A DNA stretch of 60,201 nt from Clostridiales bacterium (GTDB lineage: Bacteria > Bacillota > Clostridia > Saccharofermentanales > Saccharofermentanaceae): NCBI GenBank assembly GCA_017513085.1, contig JAFWDK010000033.1, forward strand, positions 1 through 60,201. The letters run 5' to 3'. Below, piece by piece: positions 51,531 to 60,201 of this stretch. Made by a program: the position numbers and the translations under genes. A model generated the notes under the pieces. It was not told the origin of the DNA. It saw only the letters and a list, made by a program, of their open reading frames with translations, and did no database searches. Each line of letters opens with the position of its first letter. Position 1 is the first letter of the stretch.

Positions 51531-51679
51531 ATGAAATCTGAAAAGTCGAAGAATTCGATGAAGATGCTTGGTAAGACTGTGGTGCTTCGAGTAGCTGAAC
51601 ATTAAGCTAATGTAACGTGTCCATTAGCCTGTACCAACAAAAGATGCCAGAGTCTGTAAAAAGACTCAGAATGTTTTAA
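51531..51679 (+). pseudogene. Degenerate AgrD-like cyclic (thio)lactone autoinducer precursor
   Basis: MKSEKSKNSMKMLGKTVVLRVAEH*ANVTCPLA then, after a 1-nt frameshift, YQQKMPESVKRLRMF*; fits the clostridial AN-x-T-C-xxxx-YQPKxP pattern. Confidence 0.65.
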
Positions 51680-51692
51680 GGAGGATGAAAAT

Positions 51693-52172
51693 ATGCGTAA
51701 AAGATTAATAAGTTTGTTCTGCACGGTGGCAGTTCTATTTACAATGTCGCTTCAGGTTTTTGCGGCTACAAGCACTGTAACGAGTGCTATTAATATCTCT
51801 GCTGGAGGCACCGGATATTCAGACACACTGGGGGTTCTATCCACATCACTTACCGTGCCTTATGGATCCAATGGTGAAACGCTTCAGTATGATAAGTATA
51901 ATGTCAAACTAGTAGCATTTCAGTTTAATTCGTTTTCTCCAAATGAAAAGCCGGTGAACAACGTTCGCTTTAATTTCCGCTTGGTTACTAAAACTTCACA
52001 CACAAATGCTGGAACAGTAGTTTACTTATACTCACATAATACATCCGCATCCAACTGGATTTGGTCAGGTTATGGAGTTAGTGGACAGGAGATGGCAATG
52101 AAATCGAATATTACAAACTATTCTTCTAAAGCATGTACGCTTGCGTGTCAGTGGTATCTTTTCATGACATAA
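51693..52172 (+). CDS. Small secreted beta-rich protein, paralog A
   Basis: Signal peptide (VFA), RBS AAGGAGG; aligns with 55695..56162. Confidence 0.75.
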   Translation: MRKRLISLFCTVAVLFTMSLQVFAATSTVTSAINISAGGTGYSDTLGVLSTSLTVPYGSNGETLQYDKYNVKLVAFQFNSFSPNEKPVNNVRFNFRLVTKTSHTNAGTVVYLYSHNTSASNWIWSGYGVSGQEMAMKSNITNYSSKACTLACQWYLFMT

Positions 52173-52190
52173 TCATTTAGGGTGATAGTT

Positions 52191-53417
52191 ATGAGAAGGA
52201 TGAAACAACTGACAATAACGATTCTACTTCTTTCGTTATCTGTATCGGCTTGCCAGCATAATTCGGATAATAGAGAGGCGGGTAAATCCCCGTCTCTCTA
52301 TGTCACGCCAATTGAATCTTCACGAAAAAGTGGCGAACATAATGGAAATATTCAATCAGATATATCATCAAAAGAACAAATAACATTGCCTGATGATCTA
52401 TTTGATGAGGCATTTGTAGTAGTAGATAATAGCGGAGGATATGCAAATATATATGAAATAAACGTTGACCTTCCATATAGTTTTTCAAGAGAATGGGCAG
52501 CTAATCATCCGACTGTTCAAGCTGATATAGGCATAATCAATACTGATAATTGGAAGTATGAGTACAATTTGATTTGGACTGTTAATTGGTTTATGGGAAA
52601 AAGCTTTAATTATAGTATTGAACCAGCGCCTGAGCATGGGGAGTTGCCTGAGGATTATCATGAGGAGACATATTCTCCTCCGAAAGGAATCCTGGAAGAA
52701 ACAATAGGAAGCATCCATGTCATTTCTATTGGTAGCTTGCCGAATTATCAGGAGTTAATCAATTATTCAGGAACGCAACCTATAGATTCAAAATGGGAAA
52801 TAGCATGTTTTGATATCGCCAATGATGAGTTTCCAATAGAGACTGGGTATTTTCCCAATGATTATCAAGCACTGCATTTGGTGGGTTTATCAGAATGCTA
52901 TTTAGACGGAATTCCTCTGGTAGGAACAATGGGCTATTTGGCTCAACCATACGGAGTTTTCGATTATGATCCATTAGTCAGATCTACAATTGGCGGATCA
53001 TTAATCACAAATCATACCCAGTTTTCAAGAAATAAGAATTACATTGCTAGCGTATTGAGGACTACGGATTTTGAAGTGAAAAATGTAGTGGAAAAGAACA
53101 TCCCAATTAAACCGCTAACAGAATGTACTGAAGGTATACGCGACGCATTTGCCTATTACGAAGATAGTCTCAATGTAAGACATGTTCAGATTTTTGCTGC
53201 CGAGTTAGTATACATGCCTCTAAGTGAATACGACACTTCAAATGGAGATTACCTGAACCAAGGAAAGACATATTTGGTTCCAGTCTGGAATCTTTATTTT
53301 AGAAATGGTTCACACCTAGGCTTTTGTTGCCTTTCTATAGATGCAGTAACCGGTAATGCCATATATTCAAAAGAGTATTCGCCAGAAGATCCTAGAATAT
53401 ATGGTAATGAGATTTAG
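52191..53417 (+). CDS. Lipoprotein of unknown function
   Basis: Lipobox LSVSAC; C-terminal LVPVWNLY...IDAVTG (PepSY/YcdB-like end motif). Confidence 0.7.
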   Translation: MRRMKQLTITILLLSLSVSACQHNSDNREAGKSPSLYVTPIESSRKSGEHNGNIQSDISSKEQITLPDDLFDEAFVVVDNSGGYANIYEINVDLPYSFSREWAANHPTVQADIGIINTDNWKYEYNLIWTVNWFMGKSFNYSIEPAPEHGELPEDYHEETYSPPKGILEETIGSIHVISIGSLPNYQELINYSGTQPIDSKWEIACFDIANDEFPIETGYFPNDYQALHLVGLSECYLDGIPLVGTMGYLAQPYGVFDYDPLVRSTIGGSLITNHTQFSRNKNYIASVLRTTDFEVKNVVEKNIPIKPLTECTEGIRDAFAYYEDSLNVRHVQIFAAELVYMPLSEYDTSNGDYLNQGKTYLVPVWNLYFRNGSHLGFCCLSIDAVTGNAIYSKEYSPEDPRIYGNEI

Positions 53418-53429
53418 GGTGTCGGTGTT

Positions 53430-55655
53430 ATGCGAAATAATAAAATAGTGAAGAAAATAGCAGGTCTGGTTTCTGCTTGTTTGCTTGTTTTCTCAATTCC
53501 TTCATGTAAAAGAACTCAGCCAAAGGATTCCCATAATCGGGTTGCTGGGCAGTTCGGGTATAAAGGGTTTTATATGGATATTCCTTTGAAGGAAGGTTAC
53601 ACATTATATGATATTGGCGAAATCTTTCTGGATAAAGACAATTATTGTTTGTCGGCAATCTATAGTCACTATGACGAAGAACAGAACACTCGAGATTTCC
53701 TTACAGATATACTTACTATCGACATGAAAGGATCGATACAACATACACTGGAAATTACAAAACATCAGGCTGTCAGGGCAGTATTTGAGCATGAATATGC
53801 TTTCTTTGCGTACTCTGATAAGGACCTTCTCAAAGTGAAAAATGGGGAAATGCAACAATCAGAACTTACAGCTGATCTGGTTTTTTTTGATAAGACTAGT
53901 GGAGATACCACACGTGTAATCCATCCGGATAAAAAAGCAGATACGGTATTTACTATATCCGATGGTTTTGTATTGACAGGAGAACATTCTATTATGAAGT
54001 ACTCCTTTGATGGAGTTTTACTGTCAAGTATACTGACCGATTTTACAATATATCCAAATGGAACAACGGTTTTTGAATCTGATGGGAATACTTATCTTTT
54101 GACGGATAGTGGGGAGTGGACATCAAATTATTACAAACTGGATTTCATCAAGAATAAAGCAGAATATATTACTGATACAGATCACCTAGGTGATGATGTA
54201 TTATCTTGTTCTGGAAGGTATTTGTTTGGGGTCAAAGGTGAATATAAAGTTGATTTTGCTAATATGCAGATTCAACCGATGGCAATGTGGAACGATATTG
54301 ATATTCGTCCGCTTAAGATGGCAGATGCAAATCAAGTCTTTGTTGCAATTGACGATACGCACTTTGTCCAAAAGACTGTATATAGAGATGGAACAGGTGA
54401 TGTTGGTTTTTTCTCGTACGACAGCTCAATCAATCAAAATCGGACCCAAATAGTGATTGGGGGATATGATATATACTCTGATGATATTTTGAAATGGGCT
54501 GTCTACAATTTCAATACTAAAAACGAAGAGTATAGGGTTGTATTAGATGATTATGCAGACAAATTTTCATACTCAACGCCACAAGAAGCACAATCAGCAA
54601 GGTTGCGGTTGATGAAGTATTTTAACGAGGGTAACGTTCCGGATGTATTCTATGGAGATCATTTCGATTATGATTATTTCGGCCATGCCGGAATGGTTTT
54701 GGATTTAATTCCTTTTTTTGAAACAGACCAGTCACTTAAGTATTCTGACCTTATTCCGAGTATACAAGATAATCTCAAAACTGATGGAGAACACTGCTAT
54801 TCAGTATTCTCTGCATTCTCGTTAGAAGGCTACTATGGATTAAAAAGCGATTTTCAGACTAACCAGATTAGTCTGTCCGACATAAAAAGCATGTGCCAAG
54901 GAACAGATAAAGGCTTTACTTGTGAACTGTCCTCTCCCTGCATAGCTGTCGAAGCGATAATGTACAACTATAGAGAGTATTGGGGCGAGTATGGGAAAGA
55001 AAAAACAATTACTCGACAAGAAATAGAGGAATTTGTTTCTAATACGATTGAAATGGGAGTGGATCCATCTATTACTTGGGGAGGGATTGGCTCTCTTCAG
55101 AGTGTATATGACGGACTATATTATCTTGCTAATGCAGGTCCGACGGATCTTTTTTCCTTGGCGACGGAAGAACGTGCGGCAAAAGATGGATTGGTATTTG
55201 TGGGGTACCCATCAATTAACGGCTCGGTTCATCTTATTACGACATCAGGAAGAGTCGGAATTTCTTCATCAACGACGCATCGAGATCAGTGTTGGGATTT
55301 TGTACGGGAACTTCTTTTGCCTGACACTCAGAAAAAAGTTGTACTGAGTGGTAGAAACCCTGTAAACAACGAAGTGTTTGAATTAATGTGTAATAGTGCG
55401 CTCGATCCAGAAGCGGTTTCAGATCAAGATATGAAGAGATTTGTTCTGGGGCATGGCGCTGTTAGTAAAGATGTTATTGATGATTATCGAACATTTATTG
55501 ACTCAATTGACACCATCAAATCCCTTGACTGGGGTTCATATAACATAATTAGTGAAGAGATCGCATCTTATTACACCCAGAATCGTTCCATCGAACAGAT
55601 CGCTGAAACGCTTGACAAGCGGCTTAGTCTATATGTTCAAGAAAATTACCCGTGA
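53430..55655 (+). CDS. Large lipoprotein: beta-rich N-terminal domain plus solute-binding-protein-like C-terminal domain; no permease nearby
   Basis: Lipobox-like IPSC; AVYNFNTKNEEYRV, GNVPDVF, VGISSSTTHRDQCWDFV, IISEEIASYY...LYVQE. Confidence 0.72.
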   Translation: MRNNKIVKKIAGLVSACLLVFSIPSCKRTQPKDSHNRVAGQFGYKGFYMDIPLKEGYTLYDIGEIFLDKDNYCLSAIYSHYDEEQNTRDFLTDILTIDMKGSIQHTLEITKHQAVRAVFEHEYAFFAYSDKDLLKVKNGEMQQSELTADLVFFDKTSGDTTRVIHPDKKADTVFTISDGFVLTGEHSIMKYSFDGVLLSSILTDFTIYPNGTTVFESDGNTYLLTDSGEWTSNYYKLDFIKNKAEYITDTDHLGDDVLSCSGRYLFGVKGEYKVDFANMQIQPMAMWNDIDIRPLKMADANQVFVAIDDTHFVQKTVYRDGTGDVGFFSYDSSINQNRTQIVIGGYDIYSDDILKWAVYNFNTKNEEYRVVLDDYADKFSYSTPQEAQSARLRLMKYFNEGNVPDVFYGDHFDYDYFGHAGMVLDLIPFFETDQSLKYSDLIPSIQDNLKTDGEHCYSVFSAFSLEGYYGLKSDFQTNQISLSDIKSMCQGTDKGFTCELSSPCIAVEAIMYNYREYWGEYGKEKTITRQEIEEFVSNTIEMGVDPSITWGGIGSLQSVYDGLYYLANAGPTDLFSLATEERAAKDGLVFVGYPSINGSVHLITTSGRVGISSSTTHRDQCWDFVRELLLPDTQKKVVLSGRNPVNNEVFELMCNSALDPEAVSDQDMKRFVLGHGAVSKDVIDDYRTFIDSIDTIKSLDWGSYNIISEEIASYYTQNRSIEQIAETLDKRLSLYVQENYP

Positions 55656-55694
55656 TTTCTGATATATCAGTATTGATTCTTTTGGGGAGTTATT

Positions 55695-56162
55695 ATGAGA
55701 AGAAGTATTTGTTTGTTTATTGTAGCGGTAATCCTATTTTCGGGCAGTATGCGTGTGCTTGCATACTCTACTAACCATATCATTAGCACAATTACTGTGT
55801 CGGCGGGGGGGATCGGATATTCTGATACATTGATACTCCCAAATGACTCGGATGGAAACCCAATTCACTTTGACAAGTGGTGTATTCATTTGAAGTCATT
55901 TCAGTTTGAGCTTTATCCGGCTAATGTAAAGCCAGTTTCAAGCCTGAGTTTCAACTTTCGGCTTGTTACAGTCCAAGCGAATGGTTCGCATGTCAATTGT
56001 GCTTCGGTTTTGAAATTATACAATGCAAATTCTTCAGCAAATGGTTGGGTTTTTAGTGGTTTTTGTAATAGCGGAGACTCGGTTTGTATTAAAGCGAATA
56101 TTTCAAGTTACTCTTTGACAGGATGTACTATGAAGCTCGAATGGTATTTGGTTACAGTTTAA
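55695..56162 (+). CDS. Small secreted beta-rich protein, paralog B
   Basis: Signal peptide (VLA); shares SAGGxGYSDTL, FQF, KPV, FNFRLVT, CT...WYL with paralog A. Confidence 0.75.
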   Translation: MRRSICLFIVAVILFSGSMRVLAYSTNHIISTITVSAGGIGYSDTLILPNDSDGNPIHFDKWCIHLKSFQFELYPANVKPVSSLSFNFRLVTVQANGSHVNCASVLKLYNANSSANGWVFSGFCNSGDSVCIKANISSYSLTGCTMKLEWYLVTV

Positions 56163-56347
56163 AGTTTATATTTTTAAAATCTCGTATGCTCAACGATGAG
56201 GTGTCCTCGAATGCGATGACAAAACGGGGTACGAAGCACGGCAGCGCGTTGATTAATCCAAAATCGTAGCCGAAAGAATCACCTAGTGGTGGCGGCCGTT
56301 CACCAACGCATCTACGACCGATGGGCGGCACAAATGCAAATGATGAA

Positions 56348-57040
56348 CTACTGATCGTTAAGGACTATCTCTCCTTCTCTGGGGTGCGTGATTACGCCGG
56401 TCTTCAGGTTGTCACAACGGATTCGCAATGGAACCCCTTTAATGTACTTCAGCATATGCACGTTACACCGTATCCAGGTGCTCTGCTTCATGTCCGGACA
56501 TGCCTCAACATAGGTATACTGGCTATATGGAAGACATGCTACAAACAGATATACCGGCACTTCTTGTTTGCTTTGTCTATCCACATAAGACATTGTCGGG
56601 CCTGCCCAATCGACCTCGATCGTGACACCCGGTTTGTGAATTACGCGGTCTGAATAATCGCGACTGTCCCGCCAGATCTTATAATCTGTACAGAACTTGG
56701 TATACCCAACCGGTACTGTCCCATCCGCTCTGCATTTGTCGGTATATTCCTCGTGCAGAAGCTTCATTGTCACACCTGTGCGCTTCAATTCAGCAGTTAC
56801 GTATTCGTAATCCACTTCGGCATAGATGACGTTTGACGCCTCTTTCTCGGGGAATAGAAGCGTATAGATCTCGGTGTCGGACATCGCTTCTAACCGTTGC
56901 TGCGTCAGTCCCTTCGCAGTCGCTCGACTACACACCGTACTGACAGAGTGTTTGGAAACGTGGAGAGTCTTGGCAATCTCGTTCATGGAGAGGCCTTGAT
57001 TCCGCGCTTCCAGGATTTCTTTGGCTTTAATTCTATTCAT
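56348..57040 (-). pseudogene. istA: Truncated IS21-family transposase (IstA), no istB
   Basis: N-terminal HTH, HKPGVTIEVDWAG, FVACLPYSQYTY, CDNLKTGV; ends at EIVLNDQ* before the third catalytic residue. Confidence 0.85.
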
Positions 57041-57095
57041 TAGAAAAGCCTCCTTCACTTATTTCCTGCTGTGCAGGATGTTATAAGTTTAAGAG

Positions 57096-57200
57096 GCGGT
57101 GCTCATTTGCGAAACTGTATTTTTTCATGTCAGCGGTGCTCATCCGCGAAACGTCGGTGCTCAACTGCGAAAGGGTGGTGCTCATGCGGCGAAAGATTCA
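57096..57200 (-). mobile_element. IS21-family left end with multiple internal repeats
   Basis: Four GGTGCTCA-N2/3-GCGAAA copies (57098, 57135, 57156, 57177); terminus reads 5'-TGAATC on the minus strand, matching the TG...CA ends of IS21. Confidence 0.8.
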
Positions 57201-57311
57201 AAAGCCCTATACATCTATGATACAGGAGTGTTGGGTGTTTCCAGATTAACAACCTTCCGTGATGTCGTGATTTTCGCGAAATTTCCGGGAGGCTTTTGTT
57301 CGCTCAAATTA

Positions 57312-57373
57312 GAACAAATGTTCTTGACAAGAACCTAGCGAGATGATATAACATTTCACAAGAACGATTGTTC
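57312..57373 (+). promoter_or_regulatory. LexA/DinR-repressed (SOS) sigmaA promoter
   Basis: GAACAAATGTTC (57312-57323), TTGACA-N17-TATAAC with TGn extension (57324-57352), GAACGATTGTTC (57362-57373). Confidence 0.8.
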
Positions 57374-58004
57374 GTTTTATTGCAACTTGAAAACTCAAAC
57401 CACCAAACAAAGGAGGCCGTCTGCTTGACGATACGAAATCAAGTTGAGCGTGTGTATTAACGATATGAAAAACAAGGCACGTACATCGGTACAGCAAGAG
57501 GCACCAGCAAATTGGACCAGAAGAACATCGGATCCCGATGGGTAAGGGCAAGTTATGTCCTGATGATCGGAGCCCGGTGGGTTTGGGAGATTTATGCCCG
57601 AACCACTGTCTATTTTGTTGGTGCCTTTTTGTATCCCCGAAAAGGATACACGGCTTCCCTTCTGGTGATTTGAAACCCATAGGAGGATCCTCGCCCTCCG
57701 TGAACCTTGACAACTGAATAGCAATTTCAACTCCTACAAAGACACTTGCGCGTAGTCACAGGCCGAGCGTTGAAGCGATGAACGAGCATCGTGATCCGTC
57801 ACACCCAATGAGCGTTGAAGCAAGAAGGGATGGTTTCCCTGGGAGCTGGAGATCCGAAGAAACTCCCCCAATGGGGAGAGACTTCTTGCTCGGGAGTGGA
57901 CGATAAATACGGGCAAAGATATGAGAGCAGTAAAGCTCCTAAAACAATCACAGCAAAGAAGATGCTCTGAGAAGGCATTAAAAAACGCGAAAGGATATTG
58001 ATTT

Positions 58005-59174
58005 ATGAAAGAAGATGAAGAATACAAGCCGCTGGAAGAGCATTCGTTGCAGGAACTGGCGGAAAAAGAATTTGTGCAACGAGATCCGCTGATCGAGCAT
58101 ATGCTACCGCCTGAAGGAACACTCTTGTTCTGCGGTAGCTCCAAGATCGGAAAATCCTGGCTCGCATTTGATATGGGATTGCATATCTGCAAGGGCGAGA
58201 AGTTTTGGGGCTACGATGTGAGAAAAGCCGCCGTTCTTTATATCTGTCTCGAGGATGGAGAGCTCCGTCTTCAGAACAGGATGTTTAAGATCGGCGAAGA
58301 GGGGCAGAAGGATTTCTATTACGCTACAGAGATCGCTTCGACAGAGGAAGGCATCATAAAGCAACTTGAAGGACAAATGGAAAAGCATCCAGAGATCGGA
58401 CTAATCATCATCGATTCCCTGACAGCGCTAAGAGCCAAACTAGCCGTTGTCAACAACAATGCATTTATAGATGACTATAGGATCCTGAATGCTTTTCACC
58501 ACTTTACTAATAACCATCATATCACACTTCTCATCGTACATCACGTAAGAAAGATGAGATCCGAGGATCCGTTTGATGATATTGCCGGAACGAACGGGTT
58601 GTCTGCCGCGGCAGATGGATCGTTCGTTTTCCGGAAGGAGAAGTTTACTGATGATGAAGTGAAGCTCTATGCCAAATGCCGGGACACAGGACAACATATG
58701 TGGACGATCCGGTTGGATGAGGAAACCTGCATCTGGAAGATGATCCATGAGAGTACTCCGATGGAGGATGTGATTAATAGTGATCCGGATCTAAAAAAGA
58801 CAGTCGAGTTCATCCGAAAGGAAAGATCTTTCTTTGGGTCGGCTACGGAATTCTGTGAGAGGATCGGTGTTGAGAAAAAACCTCAATCACTCAGCGGGAA
58901 ACTTTTCAATCACAGAAGAGAACTGGCAAAGCAGGGCATCGATTTCGAACGGACAAGAGGAAACAAAGGATCGATTTTCTGTTTCTCGCTGATTAGTGAT
59001 GAAGTGACGAACATGTCCCCACCACCCCTGATTGAAGACATCCTACAGCCACAGGAGTTTGTGTCGAACAGTGACGATGTGACGACTTTTTCTCCTACGG
59101 AGGGAACAGCAGAAGAATCGTCACTCGCCTCTGAGGGAGAGAATATCGTCACTTCGTCACAAGAACCACCGTAG
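58005..59174 (+). CDS. AAA_25/RepA-like RecA-fold helicase of a mobile element
   Basis: Walker A GSSKIGKS, VLYICLED, Walker B LIIIDSL, LLIVHHVRK, GTNGLSAAAD. Confidence 0.85.
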   Translation: MKEDEEYKPLEEHSLQELAEKEFVQRDPLIEHMLPPEGTLLFCGSSKIGKSWLAFDMGLHICKGEKFWGYDVRKAAVLYICLEDGELRLQNRMFKIGEEGQKDFYYATEIASTEEGIIKQLEGQMEKHPEIGLIIIDSLTALRAKLAVVNNNAFIDDYRILNAFHHFTNNHHITLLIVHHVRKMRSEDPFDDIAGTNGLSAAADGSFVFRKEKFTDDEVKLYAKCRDTGQHMWTIRLDEETCIWKMIHESTPMEDVINSDPDLKKTVEFIRKERSFFGSATEFCERIGVEKKPQSLSGKLFNHRRELAKQGIDFERTRGNKGSIFCFSLISDEVTNMSPPPLIEDILQPQEFVSNSDDVTTFSPTEGTAEESSLASEGENIVTSSQEPP

Positions 59175-59227
59175 CAGTCGTTTTCAGATTTTTCCATATC
59201 GTCACTTTGTAGATGAACATCATCACT
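58995..59227. repeat. Cluster of 8-bp WGTGAYGA / TCRTCACW repeats (putative replication origin)
   Basis: Forward copies at 58995, 59003, 59070, 59078; inverted copies at 59118, 59146, 59154, 59199, 59220. Confidence 0.65.
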
Positions 59228-59368
59228 ATCTGAAGAACAACTACACGGCGAATGAAATTTCTTTTTCAACTGCTGAAACGGCGGAGCCGTTTTCTAAAAG
59301 AAACGGAAAGAACAAATGGAAACCGCGCCGGGGCGCGGTGGAAGAAGAGAAAAGTGCATCACATAAAA

Positions 59369-59420
59369 GGCAAGCATCGCGGTTGTGAACACAACCGCAG
59401 CTTGTCGGGCGGCAGCCCGA
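59369..59420. other. Putative oriT
   Basis: GGCAAGC..GCGGTTGTG-AA-CACAACCGC..GCTTGTC hairpin and TCGGGC-GGCA-GCCCGA hairpin just upstream of mobC-relaxase. Confidence 0.6.
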
Positions 59421-59480
59421 ACCCACTTTCCAACTTTTAGACCGCGCGGAAGCGCAAATAAACAATGGAGGAACAACAAA

Positions 59481-59792
59481 ATGAAGAATAAAAACATACA
59501 CATCCGTGTCGATGAAGCGACACATGAAACCATAAAACGGAAGGCGCTGGAATCGTATCTGACCATTTCGGAGTATGTAGTCCAGTGCAGCTTGGGCAAG
59601 CAGATCTTCGTCATCCCCGGTCTGGATGAGATGGTTTTGGAGCAGAAACGCATCGGAAATAATCTCAACCAGCTAGCTCATCTGGCCAACGCAGACAAGA
59701 TTTCTGTCGCGGGATTGGACGAAATGATCGCTGAACATCACAAGCTCACCCAGACTCTGAACGATCTTTTGGAGCGGAGGAGGTGGCGCTGA
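59481..59792 (+). CDS. mobC: Relaxosome accessory protein MobC (ribbon-helix-helix)
   Basis: IHIRVDE...ISEYV RHH; EQKRIGNNLNQLAHLAN signature. Confidence 0.9.
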   Translation: MKNKNIHIRVDEATHETIKRKALESYLTISEYVVQCSLGKQIFVIPGLDEMVLEQKRIGNNLNQLAHLANADKISVAGLDEMIAEHHKLTQTLNDLLERRRWR

Positions 59793-60201
59793 TGGCAACC
59801 GTAAACATACTTTCCAACGGAAGTCATCCGGGTGGAGGGGGACTACAAGCGACACTCGACTATTGCATGCAGGATGAAAAGACGATGTACGAAGACCGCA
59901 AGCTTGTGTACGGCATGAACTGTTCGGAGCAGGACCCGTATCTGGACATGATGACCACGAAGAAACTGTATGGAAAGACCGGTGGAAGGATGTACTATCA
60001 CCTGGATCAATCCTTCTCTCCCGACGAGAAAATCACTCCGGAACAGGCTCACAAGATTGCAATTGAGTTCGCCGAAGAGCAGTTCAAAGGGTATGAAGTT
60101 CTCATAGCAACCCATGTGGATGCTCACCACATCCACTCCCATTTTGTGGTGAACAGTGTCAGTTTTGAGAACGGATTGAAGTACCATTCGTCAAAAGACA
60201 A
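59792..60201 (+). CDS. MOBP-type relaxase, runs off the window (absent from the ORF track)
   Basis: Translated by hand from ATG 59792 (overlaps mobC stop): MATVN...LDYCMQDEKT...YYHLDQSFSPDE...ATHVDAHHIHSHFVVNSVS (HUH motif). Confidence 0.9.
   Translation, partial: MATVNILSNGSHPGGGGLQATLDYCMQDEKTMYEDRKLVYGMNCSEQDPYLDMMTTKKLYGKTGGRMYYHLDQSFSPDEKITPEQAHKIAIEFAEEQFKGYEVLIATHVDAHHIHSHFVVNSVSFENGLKYHSSKD

Larger units (their letters stand above)
49351..60201. mobile_element. Left part of an integrated mobilizable/conjugative element inserted at or just after the ppdK 3' end; continues past the window
   Basis: Abrupt shift to AT-rich DNA after ppdK; XRE regulators, IS remnant, AAA/RepA helicase, oriT-like hairpins, mobC and relaxase; no integrase in the window, so the boundary is inferred. 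Confidence 0.75.

Noticed and set aside
56170-56345. GC-richer segment between paralog B and the istA truncation as ncRNA or istB remnant
   Set aside because: No motif, ORF or stable structure I could support; probably a deletion scar.
57096-57200. Four spaced repeats that could be read as a mini-CRISPR
   Set aside because: Spacers are nearly absent or irregular, there are no cas genes, and the repeats sit next to istA and end in CA, as expected for IS21 terminal repeats.
57309-57730. Minus-strand ORFs 57309..57713 and 57395..57730, and tiny + strand ORFs near 57425-57545
   Set aside because: No recognisable domains, and they overlap a promoter and leader; a leader peptide after AAGGAGG at 57410 cannot be excluded but is unsupported.

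Overview
Positions 1-49350 are core chromosome of an anaerobic clostridial Firmicute (probably Oscillospiraceae/Saccharofermentans-like, inferred from gene content). They hold a cobalamin riboswitch with btuFCD, tRNA-Cys and tRNA-Gly, a eukaryotic-type hisA, a fabH-K-D-G-F-Z operon, a sugar ABC locus with AraC, purF, three large repeat surface proteins, rplM-rpsI, tsaE-tsaB-rimI, a Crh-like HPr, uvrC, yicC-remA-gmk-rpoZ-glyQS and ppdK. From the ppdK stop (about 49351) to the window end lies a mobilizable integrated element. It carries AT-rich cargo (two membrane-anchored XRE regulators, secreted proteins, lipoproteins, a decayed agrD-like peptide gene), an IS21 remnant, a LexA-boxed promoter with a long structured leader, an AAA/RepA-type helicase, an oriT-like region, mobC and a relaxase. 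The most interesting signals are: (i) a co-regulated secreted-protein cassette sharing a 37-bp palindromic operator; (ii) a dispersed 9-mer, AGTGCTTTT, strongly over-represented in host DNA but not seen in the element; (iii) an SOS-controlled leader with rrn boxA-like motifs; (iv) an orphan gene tail at the ppdK junction that may be a split recombinase. All calls come from reading the sequence by eye; no database searches were run.
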